Part shown: positions 27,500 through 47,096 of the stretch, piece after piece
Layout: the number at the start of each line of letters is the position of its first letter
How positions within the stretch are numbered: position 1 is the first letter of the stretch
Origin: the human T2T-CHM13v2.0 reference genome, Homo sapiens
Length of the DNA: 64,000 bases
Reading direction: 5' to 3' (one strand)
Assembly: GCF_009914755.1 (NCBI RefSeq)
Contig: NC_060925.1
Notes under the pieces: generated by a model
Told to the model about the DNA's origin: nothing
Database searches by the model: none
What the model saw: only the letters and a program-made list of their open reading frames with translations
Translations under genes and position numbers: made by a program

Positions 27500-28800
27500 G
27501 ATACTAGTTTACTCCATGTATTATTGTGCACTTACAACCTTCCAAGTTCTACGCTACAGGGGAAACATATTTCTTTTAAAACGCCCTTGTCCTAAAAGAG
27601 CTTACAGTGTATAATTTATGGGGATGACCATCAAGTATCCAATCTCAGTATAGTTTCATTACTGCTAAGAGAGAAGTGTGCACAGGCTGCTATTAAAACC
27701 TATGAGAGGCACCTAGTCAGATTAGGAAGAGTCACAGAAAGCTCCCCAGTGGAGGTGAGAGCTGAGCTGAGTTTTAAAGAATGCAAAGGAATTACAAGGT
27801 AAGAAGGAGATTCTATTTTGAATAAATAGAATGTCTGAAAGACATCACAGTGGAAACTTGAAACAATTTAACATTACTGTAAGACTGAGTTCAAATTAAG
27901 GAATAAAGGAAAATGAGCCTGGAGAGGTACAGAGAGGGCCAGGTGATGGTGGGCCTTGTGTAAAGAGAGCTTTCTATAAAGGTCTTGCTACTAATGAGCT
28001 TGGATGTTATTCTGTAGGCAGTGAACACCATGGAAAAGTTTAAATTGATTGAGTGCCATGGTCTAATTTATATCTTAGATCTGTGGCATCATGTGGGGTG
28101 AATTTTACAGGGTCAAAACTGAAAGTAGAGAGACCAGTGCTGAAGGTGCATCAGAAGTCTAAAAGAGACCAGGCATAAATTACGAAGTGGCAAGAGGATG
28201 AAGAAGAGGGATGGTTTGGGGTGGATTTTAGGAGGTAGAATTGACATGATTTTGCTATGAATTGGATACAGGAGACAAGCAAAAAGGCCTGATGCTACTG
28301 CTGATGATAACGTAAAAGATAATATTAGTGACTGAAGACATGGATGAGATGGCCCAGGGAGAGTGCTGGGATAAAATGAAAAGAAGATGGAGGGTTCGTT
28401 GGGGCTCAAACCGAGAAGAAAGTTGAGAAGAAGCAGCCAAAGAAGGAGGAAAGAAACCAGCAGAGAGTTGGCATGAAAAATAAATGCAAGAGTTGTAAGT
28501 AAAAAGCCATCAGTGTTCAAGTATCGAACTTCACAATACCAGGGCAGTTTTGATCCAGTCAAGAGCAGGTCAATGGAGTGGTGAGAACACAAGCCAGATT
28601 GCAGGGAGCTGAGGGGGAGCGGGAGGAGAGGAAGTGGAGACAGAACATGGGCTGGTCTATCAAGACTCTTGGCTGTGAAGAAAGGACAGATTTATAAAGA
28701 GGTGCCAGTTGAGGGTGGAATTTTTTTAAGGACATTGAGAGACCTGAGCACATTTATGTGGAGAGGGGAAGAGCCATCAGAGATGAGGTTGAAGATAGAG
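27500..28800 (-). mobile_element. L2 fragment(s)
   Basis: Typical L2 antisense motifs (gagctgagttttaaagaatg; ggaggtagaattgacatga; aagccagattgcaggga). Confidence 0.72.
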
Positions 28801-29419
28801 GCTGACTATAAGGGAGTCCCCTCTGGCAATGGCCCATGCTGCCCCTCACAGGAGTGAGCTCTCCATCACAAATGCTAGAGGAAGACTTCCTTGATCAGCC
28901 TAGCTCAATCCAGTAGCACCTTCTAACTAAGATTTTTCAATGTAACAGTGATTTATTGGAGCTTTCAGTATTTGCATTGCCTTACACTAACCCAGTGGAG
29001 CACACAGATAAATTGAAGCTACAGCATGGATTGAATCATCCAGTTCTGAAGCAAGAGCTGTTGACCACTTGGCCACTCCTAGGCCCCTCTGATTCAGAGA
29101 TTACAACGACTTAACTCAGGAGTCCTTCAGAGGTGATGGTCAAGCCAGCCAGCTCCTTAGTCACCTTCCCATGTCTCCTTTGGGGGAAAGCCAGGAAAGG
29201 CCACTTCTTTCCAACTTCTAAAGCAATATTCGTCTTTGAACCCTATTATTATAATTCAACTCAACTTCATTAGCGAGTCAAACACCCTTTGAATGCACTG
29301 TCCCCCTGGCTGCCTTGTGATAGGAAACACAGCTCCTGCCCTCAAGAAACTCAGTCCTTCCCCAGGCATTTAGCTTTTCTGGAAACTGGAGATAAATAGA
29401 AGAAGAACTGATACGACAA

Positions 29420-29642
29420 CCAAGGTGGTGCTTAAAAAACTTGTTTACAGAGCCCTCAGATTCTAAGGGGGGGCTTCCCTAACCAACCAGGGGATGGAGG
29501 TAGGAGCAGTATAGACTCCAGGCCTTCCCACCCAGCTTCAAATCAAGTAGCTCTACTTTTATTCATTTTATATATTTAGGTTGTCATAGGTTTTTGTTTG
29601 AACCAAGAGACTCACAGCTAAGAGATGCTTAAAACCCCACCA
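29420..29642. mobile_element. hAT-Charlie MITE remnant (MER112-like)
   Basis: cagcttcaa…agctctacttttattcattttatatatt…tttgaaccaagag block resembles the consensus as I recall it. Confidence 0.5.
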
Positions 29643-30080
29643 AAGTAATATTTGCTGATCAAAATCAAGAAAAGCATAACTCAATACTGAGTTACCAAAA
29701 AAAAAAGGAGATCGAAAGTCATTGCAAAGGGGTTAATTTGATCTTCTCAAGCTCTATTCATGAACTCATTCATCCGGAAGACAAATACATAGCAGCAGGC
29801 ACTGTGCCAGTCCCATGTCGGGCACTGGGGAGACAGAGGTGAAGGAAACTTGATGTCTGCTCTCCAGAACCTCACAGGGAGACAGACAGGGGAATGATAG
29901 CTCTCTAGAGTGGTGTCCTGATCAAGGTGTGGATTAAGGACGGCGGGGAGACAGAGGTGACAAGGATTCGCCCTGAGAAGTGGGGAGAGAGGCTTTGTCA
30001 GGGAGAGCTTCACCAGGGTCCTAAAGGATGCCTACGGTCAGCCGGAGAGGGAGGAGGAGGGGCGTGCACCGATTCCCACG

Positions 30081-30099
30081 GCTGCAGCAGGGGGCGCGG
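30081..30099 (+). promoter_or_regulatory. Candidate CTCF motif (forward)
   Basis: GCTGCAGCAGGGGGCGCGG has one mismatch to the CCASYAGRKGGCRS core. Confidence 0.6.
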
Positions 30100-30233
30100 A
30101 AGGGTAAATGCGTTTACTGGGCGAGGGAAGTCGCGGCTTTCTCCTCAGGCTGAACCTGGGCATCTGTCTCTGAGGCTAAAGCGCTTCAGAGCCCTCATGT
30201 CTGTCAGGGGCTCCCGCACCGTGTCTTTCTGAG

Positions 30234-30252
30234 TACTGCCACCTAGTGGCCA
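30234..30252 (-). promoter_or_regulatory. Candidate CTCF motif (reverse)
   Basis: The minus strand reads TGGCCACTAGGTGGCAGTA, a full match to the core consensus with favourable flanks. Confidence 0.75.
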
Positions 30253-31637
30253 CTCTCAATTCCCACATTTCCCTGGACAGCCTGGAGTCATTTGTCTTCC
30301 CACTGATTTGAGGGTTAAGCAAACAGTGAGCACACACAGTGGATAAGTGACTTCTCCGGTAGCACACAGTTTGTGAGGCTGGGGCTGGAACAGAACCTAG
30401 CTCTTGTGATCCCAGGACCAGGTCTGGTATGGGCCGGTTTGCCCCCGTCCACACTCGCTCTGGCAGGTTGAGGCTGAAGGTCAAGTCGATAGATGACTAC
30501 TCTGGAGCGCACTTCAAATCCTCTTCCCAGGCTTCAGAGGGGTAGGGACACTTTAAGAGAGAAGGAATGTGGGAGTAAGTGAATGAGCTAGAGAGAAAAG
30601 AAGATATATATTGTTTTCCCCACCTCACTCTCACCAGTCCAGCCTTCAAACCTATCTCAGCAATGAGAAAAGGGGGCTAATGATGTTCTGGGACTGGATA
30701 GAGACCATCGCTTCAGGCATTAGGTTGCCACCATGTCGACAGGAGAGGGGAGGGGCTCTCAGCCATCTTTTTTTCTGAGGAATGGCTGGGGGTGGGGGAG
30801 TCCCATGGCCACAGTCAAAGAATAATAGCAGGGTCCCAGGGACAGGACTAGAAGTTTCTGAAAACACCTGTCAGTTGCTGAAGGTTAAAAAAAAAAAAAA
30901 AAAAAAAAAAAAGCTGGACCATACCAGACCTAGTCCTATTTGAATCATATTTAAATATGATTCTCTGTTCAAGATGACAATTTGCATGCAACATGTTTCA
31001 GAAGCCCATCTGGTGTTACAAAATCCACTGTGGTTTCAACCTGTCCTTTCAATCAACCATCCTGGTTGGATTATAAAGACTTTACAATAAAAATCATAGG
31101 AATAATAAGGATAATAGAATTGACACAGTAGAAAAAACAAAACGAGGAACCAGATAGTAAAGGAGGTGGCAGAAAAATCTATATATTGAACAACACAACT
31201 TTTGGCCGAGGAGGACTATAAAACTGAGCCTAATCTTTGGTCTTAGCATCCCATCAGCCTGGGAGAGAAAATAATGCCCTGAATGAGCACCAGGCATCCC
31301 ATTCAGGTCCCATCAGGTAGGTATCTTCATCTTCATTTTGTAGAGGAGGAACCTAAACCTCATGGTGGTTATTTGGCTTTCCTGAGGTCATGCAGTTCTT
31401 ATATGATAGAGGCACTCTGTGAAATGATAGATGCCTGACTTATTTCATTGGCAACCTGATCTGTTTACCTCCTGAACCCCAAGCTGTGTCTAATCCCACT
31501 TGCTTTTTTTAAGAGAGTATTCCCAGCATGAATCCTTTTGTCACAAAGAAAAAAAAAGTTTTCTGGCTGGGTGTAGGGAGAGCTGGGCTAGTTTGGTTCA
31601 TGATGGGTGGGGGGGCATGGCCAAGGTGAGCTTACAC

Positions 31638-31696
31638 GGGAAATTCCCTTCCCTCCTCCCAGTAAAAAAAATCCCTGAGTTGTTTCGGAAAGTCCC
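31638..31696. promoter_or_regulatory. Pair of canonical NF-kB sites
   Basis: GGGAAATTCCC at 31638-31648 and GGGACTTTCC on the minus strand at 31687-31696. Confidence 0.55.
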
Positions 31697-32104
31697 ATGC
31701 TGAGGCTGGGCAGTGTGGCTAGGTATCAAAGTGCTGGAGCCTTTCCTTGTATCCATCAAGCTGAATTCACAAAGGGAGGGAGAGAAGAAGGGAGGAGAGG
31801 CTGGGGGCTGCTTCTGATTAGCCTGTCCTCTGCCAAAGTGAGATGTCCTCTCTCTGTGGGCAATTAAATGGTTCTCATGAATCCACCATCTGGGCTCAGC
31901 AATGTGTGCTGTGGCTGCTTTCTCTCTCCACCCAACCCCACCCCACTTCTGGCTCAGGAGCCAGGCCAATGAGATTCAGAAAATCTAGCCCTTCCCCCAC
32001 CTCACCGTTTCTCCCTTCCTACAAGGGCTGCTGCAAATGGCTACAGAGGGCTACGCAGTTCTCCAGGCCTCCACCTCTCAGCAGATAAAGCCAGCCCAGG
32101 GGCA

Positions 32105-32829
32105 TGGAAAAGTTCTTGAAGAAAATTAAAAGTGCTATTCCAGTGAACACATAGATGATAAGAAAGTGAAACAGCCTTACTGCTGATGTAGAAAAAGTTT
32201 TAGTGTTCTGGATAGAAGATCAAACCAACCGCAACATTTCCCTTAAGCCAAAGCTTAATCCAGAACAAGACCCTAACTCTCTTCAATTCTATGAAGGCTG
32301 AGAGATGTGAGGAAGCTGCAGAAGAAAAGTCTGAAGCTAGCAGAGGTTGGTTAATGAGGTTTAAGGAAAGAAGCCACCTCCACAACATAAAAGTACAAGG
32401 TGAAGCAGTAAATGCTTATGTAGAAGCTATAGCAAGTGATCCAGAAGCTCTAGCTAGGATAATTAATGAAAGCGGCTGTACCAAATAATAGATTTTCAAT
32501 GCAGATAATACAGCCTTCCAACAGAATTGTAAGAAGATGCCATCTAGGACTTACATAGCTAGAGAGAAGAAATCAATGCCTGGCTTCAAAGCTTCGAAGG
32601 ACAGGGCAACTCTCTTGTTAGGGCCTAATGCAGCTGGTGACTAAGTTGAAACCAATGCCCATTTGCCATTCTGAAAATCTGGTGATCATTGAGAATTATG
32701 CTAAATTTACCCTGCCTGTGCTCTATAAGTGGAACAATAAAGCCTGGATGACAGCACATCTGTTTATATCATGGTTTATTTAATATTTTAAGCCCACTGT
32801 TGAGATCTACTACTCGGTAAAAAAGATTC
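32105..32829 (+). mobile_element. Tigger1 transposase internal fragment (no terminal repeats)
   Basis: The translation [39 protein letters not shown] matches the Tigger1 CENP-B-type HTH region, followed by the start of the DDE domain with stops. Confidence 0.93.
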
Positions 32830-34056
32830 ACTTGTTATTGGTCTGTTCAGGTTTTTTAATTCTTCATGATTCAGTCTTGGTAGGTTGTATGTTTCCAGGA
32901 ATTTATTCATTTCTTCTGTGTTATCTAATTTGTTGATGTATAAATATTCATAGTGGTCTCTTATGGTCCTTTGTATTAGTTCTAATGTCTCCTCTTTCAT
33001 TTCTGATTTTATTTATTTTAGTTTCTTCATTTTTGTGGTCTGGTTAAAGGTTTACCAATTTTGTTTATCTTTTAAAACAACCAACTTAGTTTCATTGATA
33101 TTTTCTATGTTTTCTCTTTATTTGATTTATTTCTGTCCTACTCTATTATTTCCTTTCTTCTGCTAACTTTGGGCTTAGTTTACTTTTCTTTTTCAAGTTC
33201 CTGGATGTATAAAGTTAGGTTGTTTATTTATGATCTTTATTTTCTTCACATAGGCATTTATCACCATACACTTCCTTCTTAAAATTGCTTTTGCTGCATC
33301 CCATAAATTTTGATATGTTGTGTTTTCATATTTGTTTGTCTCAATGTATTTTTTGATTTCCATTTTGATTTCTTCTTTGACCTATTACTTGTTCAGGAGT
33401 ATGTTGTTTAATTTCCCCATATTGTGAATTTTTCAATTTTTCTTCTGTTATTGATTTCTAGTTCCATACCATTATTGTTGGGAAAGATACTTGATATATT
33501 TCAAACGTCCTAAATTTGTTAAGCCTTGTTTTGTGGGCTAACAGATGATCTATCCTGGAGGATGTTCTGCATGTGCTTGAAAAGAATGTATATTCTGTTG
33601 CTGTTGAATAAAATTTTCTGTATGTTTCTTAGGTCCATTTGGTCTATAGTGTTGTTCAACTTTGCTATTTTCTTATTGATTTTGTCTAGATGATCTATCC
33701 ATTGTTGAAAATCAAGTATTGAAATCCCCCACTACTATTGTATTGCTATCTACTTTTCCTTTCATTTATGTTAATATTTGTTTTACATATTTAGGTGTTC
33801 CATTGTTGGATGCACATATATTTATGATTAGTATATCCTCTTGATGAATTGATGCCTTTATCAGCATATAATGACCTTCTTTGTCTTTTGTGACAGCTTT
33901 TGACTTAAAGTCTATTGTGTCTAAGTTTAGTCACCTTTCAGTTACCATTTCTATATTTTTCCAACTTTTCCCTTTCAGCTTATGTATGTTTTTAAATCTA
34001 AAGTTAATCCCTTATAAATAGCATATAGTTGATCTTATTCTTTAAAAAACTTTTTT

Positions 34057-34683
<627 letters not shown>

Positions 34684-34699
34684 TAGTTACAATTCATCA

Positions 34700-35180
34700 A
34701 ATATTTATTTATTTATTTTAGATTCAGGGGTATATGTGCATGGTTGTTACATGGATATATTGCCTAATGATGGGGATTGGGTTTCTAGTGTACTCGTCAC
34801 CCAAATATTGAACATTGTATCCAATAGGTAATCTTTTAACCCTCACTCCCCTCACTTCCTCCCCTCTTTTGGAGTCCCCCATATCTATCATTTCCATCTT
34901 TATGTCCATGTGTACTCAATGTTAAGCTCACATTTATAAGCGAGAATATGCGATACTCAATTTTCTGCTTCTGGGATAGTTCACCTAGGATAATAGCATC
35001 CAGCTCCATCCATGTTGCTGCAAAGGATATGATTTCATTCTTTTTTATGGTCGCATAATAGTCCATGGTGTATATGAACCACATTTTCTTTATCCAGTCA
35101 ACCTGCTGATGGACACTTAGGTTGGTTCTATGATGTTGCTATCGTGAATAGTGCTGTCATAAACATATGAGGGCAGGTGT
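34700..35180 (-). mobile_element. 5'-truncated L1 3' end (L1PB4/L1PA16-like)
   Basis: ORF2 C-terminus (YTMDYYATIKKNEIISFAATWMEL) and the 3' UTR tagattcaggggtatatgtgca…. Confidence 0.88.
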
Positions 35181-35195
35181 CACTCTACATCTTTT

Positions 35196-41320
<6,125 letters not shown>

Positions 41321-43809
41321 CTACATCTTTTGAATGAAGAATTTAATCTACTCACTTTTAGAGTAATTATTAAGCAAGGACTTACCATTGCCATTTTGTT
41401 AATTGTTTTCTGACTGTTTTGCAGTTCTCTTGTTCCTTTTTTTCTTTCTTGCTGTCTTCCTTTGAGATTTGATAATGTATATCTAGTGGTGCACTTTGAT
41501 TCTTTCCTCTTTATCCTTTGTGTATTGACTACAGATTTTTTTCCTTGTGATTATCATGAAGCTTACATAAAACATCTCATAGTTACAATAGTATATTTTA
41601 ACTGGATAACAACTTAATTTCAATTGAATACAAAAACTCCACATTTTTACTCCCCCCAAACATTTTATGTTATTGAAGTAACAGATTCCATCTTATTATA
41701 TTATGTGTTCATTAACAAATCATTGTAGATATAGTGATTTTGATACTTTTTTCGTTTAACTTTTATACTAGAGTTAAAGGTGTACTACTATTACAATATT
41801 ACAATATTCTGAAAATGACTATATACTTCCCTTTACCAGTGAATTGTGTACTTTCATGTTGATAATGTCCTTTCATTTAAACTTGAAGAACTCCCTTTAG
41901 GATTTCTTGTAAGTCATGTCTAGTGGTGATTAATTCCCTCAGCTTTTGTTTGTCTGGGAAAGTCTTTATCTCTCATTTCTTAAGGATAGCTTTGCTACAT
42001 ATGATATTCTTGATTGGCAGTATTTTTTTCTTTCAACACTTACAATATATTATTCCAATATTTTCTGGCATGCAAGGATTCTGCTAGGAAATCTTCTGAT
42101 AGTTTTATGGTGGTTCCCTTATGGTTGATAAGTCATTTCCAATTAATTAGTCCATCCCTCCCTCCCACTTTCCTTCCTTCCTATCTTCCTTCCTTCCTCT
42201 TGACTTTTGACAGTTTGATTACAATGTGGTTCAGTAAAGACCTCTTGATGTTCAGTCTATTTGAGGTTCTCTAGGCATCATGATCTGGATATTCATTTCC
42301 CCAAACATGGAAAGTTTTCTGTCATTATGTCTAAATATTTTTCTTCTACTTTCTCATTCTCTAATCCTTCTGGGACTCACATAATGTGTATATTGGTTTG
42401 CCTGATGGTGTCTCAGAGGTCGTGTAGACATTCCTCACTCTTTTTCATTCCTTTTTCTTTTCATTCCTCTAATTGAATAATTTCAAATGACCTGTCTTTA
42501 AGGTACTGATTCTTTCTTTTGCATGAGAGAGTCTACTGTTAAGCTTTCTATTGAATTTTTTAGTTCAGTCATTGTACTCTTCAGCTCCAGCATTTCTGTT
42601 TGGTTCTTTTTTATGGTTTCTATTTCTTTGTTAAGCTTCTAATTTTGCTCATGTATTTTTTTTTTATTTTTGTTTAGTCATCTATCTGTGTTCTCTTGCA
42701 GCTCTTTCAGCTTATTTAAGATTACTTTTAATTTTTTGTCAAAGATTTCATGGGTCTCCATTTCTTTATGGTTTATTACTGGCACTTTATTAGTTTCCTT
42801 TGCTGCAGTCATGTTTGCCTAATTCATCATGATCTGTGTAGTCTTGCATTGGTGTCTATGCATTTGAAGAAGACACTTATTCCTGTCTTTATAAAACTGA
42901 TTTCAGTAGGTAAAGATTTTTTCCTGCCGTGTTCCTGGATGAACTAACTCCAGGATTGTAGTTAGGTGGGGCTAGAGCCAGGTCTCATGGCTGTTTCCAG
43001 ATTCACTGTCAGGTCTGTGGTTGGCAAGCCTGGTTACCAGGAACATGTTGAGGTATGGCTTCTTTGAGTCTCTAAATATGCTCCTGTTAGGTAGCTGGGC
43101 TGGTCTCTGGGTGATCAGGACTTCCTCTGAACTTCAGTAGAATGGAATTGAAGCCAGGTCACAGGACTGCTTCAGTAACCACAGTTGGATCCAAAGTTGT
43201 CAGGTCTGTTACCTGGTTGTTTTTTGGTGTGGCTTCCATTAGGTTCCTGAGCAGGTCTCTGGGTGGGCAAGACTGCCATGGACAATGATAGAGTGGGGCT
43301 GAAGCCAGGTCATTTAACTGCTCCAGGGACTACAATCAGGTTCAAGTTTGGCAGGCTTGTTATGGGGAGCATGAATGGATGTGACTTCTCCTGGGTCCCT
43401 TGGTGGAAGGGGCTGGTGTCAGGACTGTGAACAAGGGGGGCTGGAGCTGAGTTCATAGAGGGATGGAGCTCCTTCAGCCCACAGCTGGAACTATGGCCAG
43501 TGGAATTGTCACCAATGTGCTGGCTTGCCTTCTCAAAGCAGCCCTCCCGAGTCTTGGGCGCCACCAGGGCTTTGCAACCTTCTGCCCAGATCCCCAAACT
43601 CCTACAAAGACACTTTGTCTATAAATAGCTGCCAAATATTTAAGTGGTTTTGTGTGTGTGTGTGTGTGTGTGTGTGTAGGGTGTGTGTGTAGGCTGGGGA
43701 CCTCTATTTTGTCATCTTGCTGATGTCATCTAGTTTGTCTTTTAAGATTACTCTGGCTACTATATGGAAAATGGATTGGGAGGCCAGTTAGGATGCTATT
43801 GTAAAATTC

Positions 43810-44115
43810 AGGCAAAATGAACTTACCGTCATGTTTATGAAGCTTATTTCCAGGGCCCTTCACTAGCACAAAGCCTTTATATGGCCCTGAGAGAGAGCCC
43901 AACAATGAGTTCTTATGCTCAAATGATTTTGCATTATTTGTGAGAGTAAGATAAAACTGCAGTTTCTTTCTACTCTAATTCAACCTCCATCACACTTGCC
44001 CTCATGACAGATGACATTGGTATGGCTGTGAGTATTTTGTTATCTAGCTAGGTGGAAGTTGAATTGGAGGAAACATTTAGTATGCATTTGACGGGATATA
44101 TTTTATGGTTCTATG
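43810..44115 (+). mobile_element. hAT-Tip100 DNA transposon remnant (Arthur1-like)
   Basis: ttaccgt…atgaagctta…cagggcccttcact…cacacttgccctc resembles the recalled Arthur1 5' end. Confidence 0.55.
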
Positions 44116-46397
44116 AAGTCCTGCCAGCAAATGTATAAGCAATGAGAGATCCCCTAAACAGTCCTCTTTCCTGTATTTACCTTCACTCTATACTTAATGA
44201 ATAGCCCACTGCTAATCAGTTTTGATCCAAGTTTGAGTCATACAAATATCCTCCTAAATAGTCTTTCTTTTCCAGTCCTGGACCCTTTCAGCCGCTTCTC
44301 CACACTATCCCCAGAGAGGACTTCCTGAAAATATAGGTTGGATACTATCATTTCCATGATTAGAAACCTTGATGACAACTGTTAATTACACACAGGATAA
44401 TGAACAGCTTCTATAACCTATCTTTATTCTTTTTCCATCTTTTCTTGGCTTACAGTGTGAAGAATTGCCCACTATTTCCTGCTTAACAACTTGCAGTCTT
44501 ACACAATAATAGGTTACAAAAATTATAAGTAAAGGGCAATGTTGACTCCTTTTCAATTTATCCACTCCTGGGCCTGGCACTCTTGCTTCTCTGTGGCCAC
44601 AACTCTGGGAAGTGTCTCTTCTACACCTCACATCCCATTCACCTCTAGTTGCTTTGATCAAGTAGTAGGGAGAAATGGTATTGATTTGTGAGGGCGGAAG
44701 TATAGCAGGTTGCTTTAAACCATCACTATGCTAGGTAGCAGTGCTATTTTATCAGTTTAACAGAATTATCACTGAAAAAGTCTGTGAAGGTTCTGCTAGC
44801 AAAGGTTTAAAACCTGTTTGAATTGCTATACCTAGATTTGGGCAAGGAGTAGAGGAATAGATTGGGTCTGGCAGAGAAAGGGTGGGAAAGCATGCCATAA
44901 AATAGTAGCCAACTTAGTCTGATTGATACTTCAACAGGTTCAAAGCTTTATATTTGTTTGTTTAATAAAAATGTTGATCCTCCCTATAGTACCAAAGTCT
45001 AAGAAACAAAACTACTCAATAAGAGTGATAAAATTCTGGCCAGACTCATCAGGAAATTAAGAAGACACAAATTACCAATATCAGTAATGAGAAAGGGTAT
45101 AGCACTATTGATTCTACAGATATTGAAAAGACAATAAGGAAGTATTTTCAACAACTTTATGCCAATAAATTTGACAACTTAGATGAAATGAACAAATTTC
45201 TTGAAGACACAAATGACCAAAGATTATTCAAGAAGAAAGTGGTATTCAATCGTCCAATATCTATTGAAGAAATTGAAGTTATGGTTGAAAACCTTCCCAC
45301 AAAGAAAACTCAATGCCAAAATGACTTCTGAGGGGATTCTATCAAATGTAAAATGAAGAAGTAATATCAATTCCATGCAAACTCTCCCAGAAAGTTGAAG
45401 TAAAAGGAATACTTTCCAAATGACTCTGTAAGCCTGGCATTACTTTGATACGTCAACCAGACAAAGATATTTCAAGAAAAAAACACTATAGACCGACATC
45501 CATCATGAACAGAAATGCAAAAATTTTTAACACATTTTTAGCAAAGTGAATCCAACAATACATTAAAAGAATAATACAACATTACCAAGTAGTGTTTATC
45601 CCTAGAATGCAGGGTTTGATTTAACATTTGAAAATCAATCAATGTAATTTATCTTACTAAAGACTAACAAAGAAAATCCAATAAAATATTATCTCAATAA
45701 ATGATGAGGAAACATCTGATAAAATCTAACACCTTTTTCTGATTAAAAAAACTCAAAAACAGCAAAGAACTTCCCCAACCTGACAGAGAACATCTATGTA
45801 AGCCAATGGCTAACATCAAACTCAATGGTGGAAGACTTAATGCTTTCCCTTTAAGACCAAGAACAAGGCAAAGATTGCCTGTTTTCATTGCTTTTATTCA
45901 ATATTGTGCTAGAGGTTCCAGTCAGTGCAATAAGGCAAGACAAGGAAATAAAAGACACTCAGATTGGAAAGGAAGAAGCAAAACTGTCTTTATTTGCAGA
46001 TGACATGATTGTCTATGTATAATATACAGTAGGGTCTACAAAAACACTACATAGTATACAATATTATTAATACTTTTGGTTTACAGGTTTATAGAAGGTT
46101 GTTAACCATACTCACTTCTTGGTGCATTATTTTCATGTTCCTGCAAGGTCCCTCTTTTGTTTTTCCTTCAACCCAGATTCTGACTTCCATTCCCTCCCTT
46201 TCCATACCACAAAGTCATTCATTCTAATGTACTTTTTCCTGTCTTCAAATATTTGTGCAAAATATTTGTGAAAAAATATAATTTTAAGGGTTATATGTTC
46301 ATCTTAAATTTTTATACGTTATTGTGCCATACATCTCATCATTTTGTACTTTTTTCAATCAACACTATGTTTTCAAAATATATGTTTATATTTTCCT

Positions 46398-46730
46398 TTT
46401 CAGGGCCATGGATGGAGTTGGAAGCCATTATCCTTAGCAAACTAACACAGGAACAGAAAAACAAACACTGCATTTTCTCACTTATAAGTGGGAGCCAAAC
46501 AATGAGAACACATGGACACAGGGAGGAGAACAACACACACTGGGGCCTGCCAGTGGGGGAAGGGGGAGGGAGAGAGCATCAGGATAAATAGCTAATGCAT
46601 GCAGGGCTTAATTACTAGGTGATGGGTTGATAGGTGCAGCAAACCACCATGACACACATTTACCTATGTAGCAAACCTATATGTCCTGCACATGAATTCC
46701 AGAACTTAAAATTAAATTAAATTTAAAAAT
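46398..46730 (+). mobile_element. 5'-truncated L1PA 3' end (about PA8-PA11)
   Basis: WMELEAIILSKLTQEQK followed by an L1PA 3' UTR ending agaacttaaaattaaa. Confidence 0.88.
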
Positions 46731-47096
46731 GTGTGTGTGTGTGTATTTTTGAATGAACCTCCAATTTGTGATTTATAGCCTGCATCTACCATACCTAATC
46801 TTCATTGCTGAGAGAAATTAAGAAGATCTAAATAAATGCAGAGAGACACTGTTCACGGATCAGAAGATGAAATATTCTTAAAATGTCAATTTTCCCTAAA
46901 TTAATCTATAGAATCAAAGAAAGCCCAATCAAAATCCCAGCAGGCCTTTTTTGGTAGTAATTGATAAGATGATTCTAAAATTTATTCAGAAATTCATAAC
47001 ATCTGGAATAGCTAAAAACATATTCGAAAAAGAAGGACACAGTTGGAGGACTAACACTGCCTGACTTGCAGACTTAATATAAAGTTGTAGTAATCA

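Noticed and set aside
28113-28592. 159-aa hydrophobic ORF resembling a membrane protein
   Set aside because: Its Leu/Phe/Ser bias follows from the pyrimidine-rich strand of an L2 remnant.
32291-32488. Domesticated TIGD/CENP-B-like gene
   Set aside because: Only 65 aa are open; the surrounding transposase sequence has stops and frameshifts.
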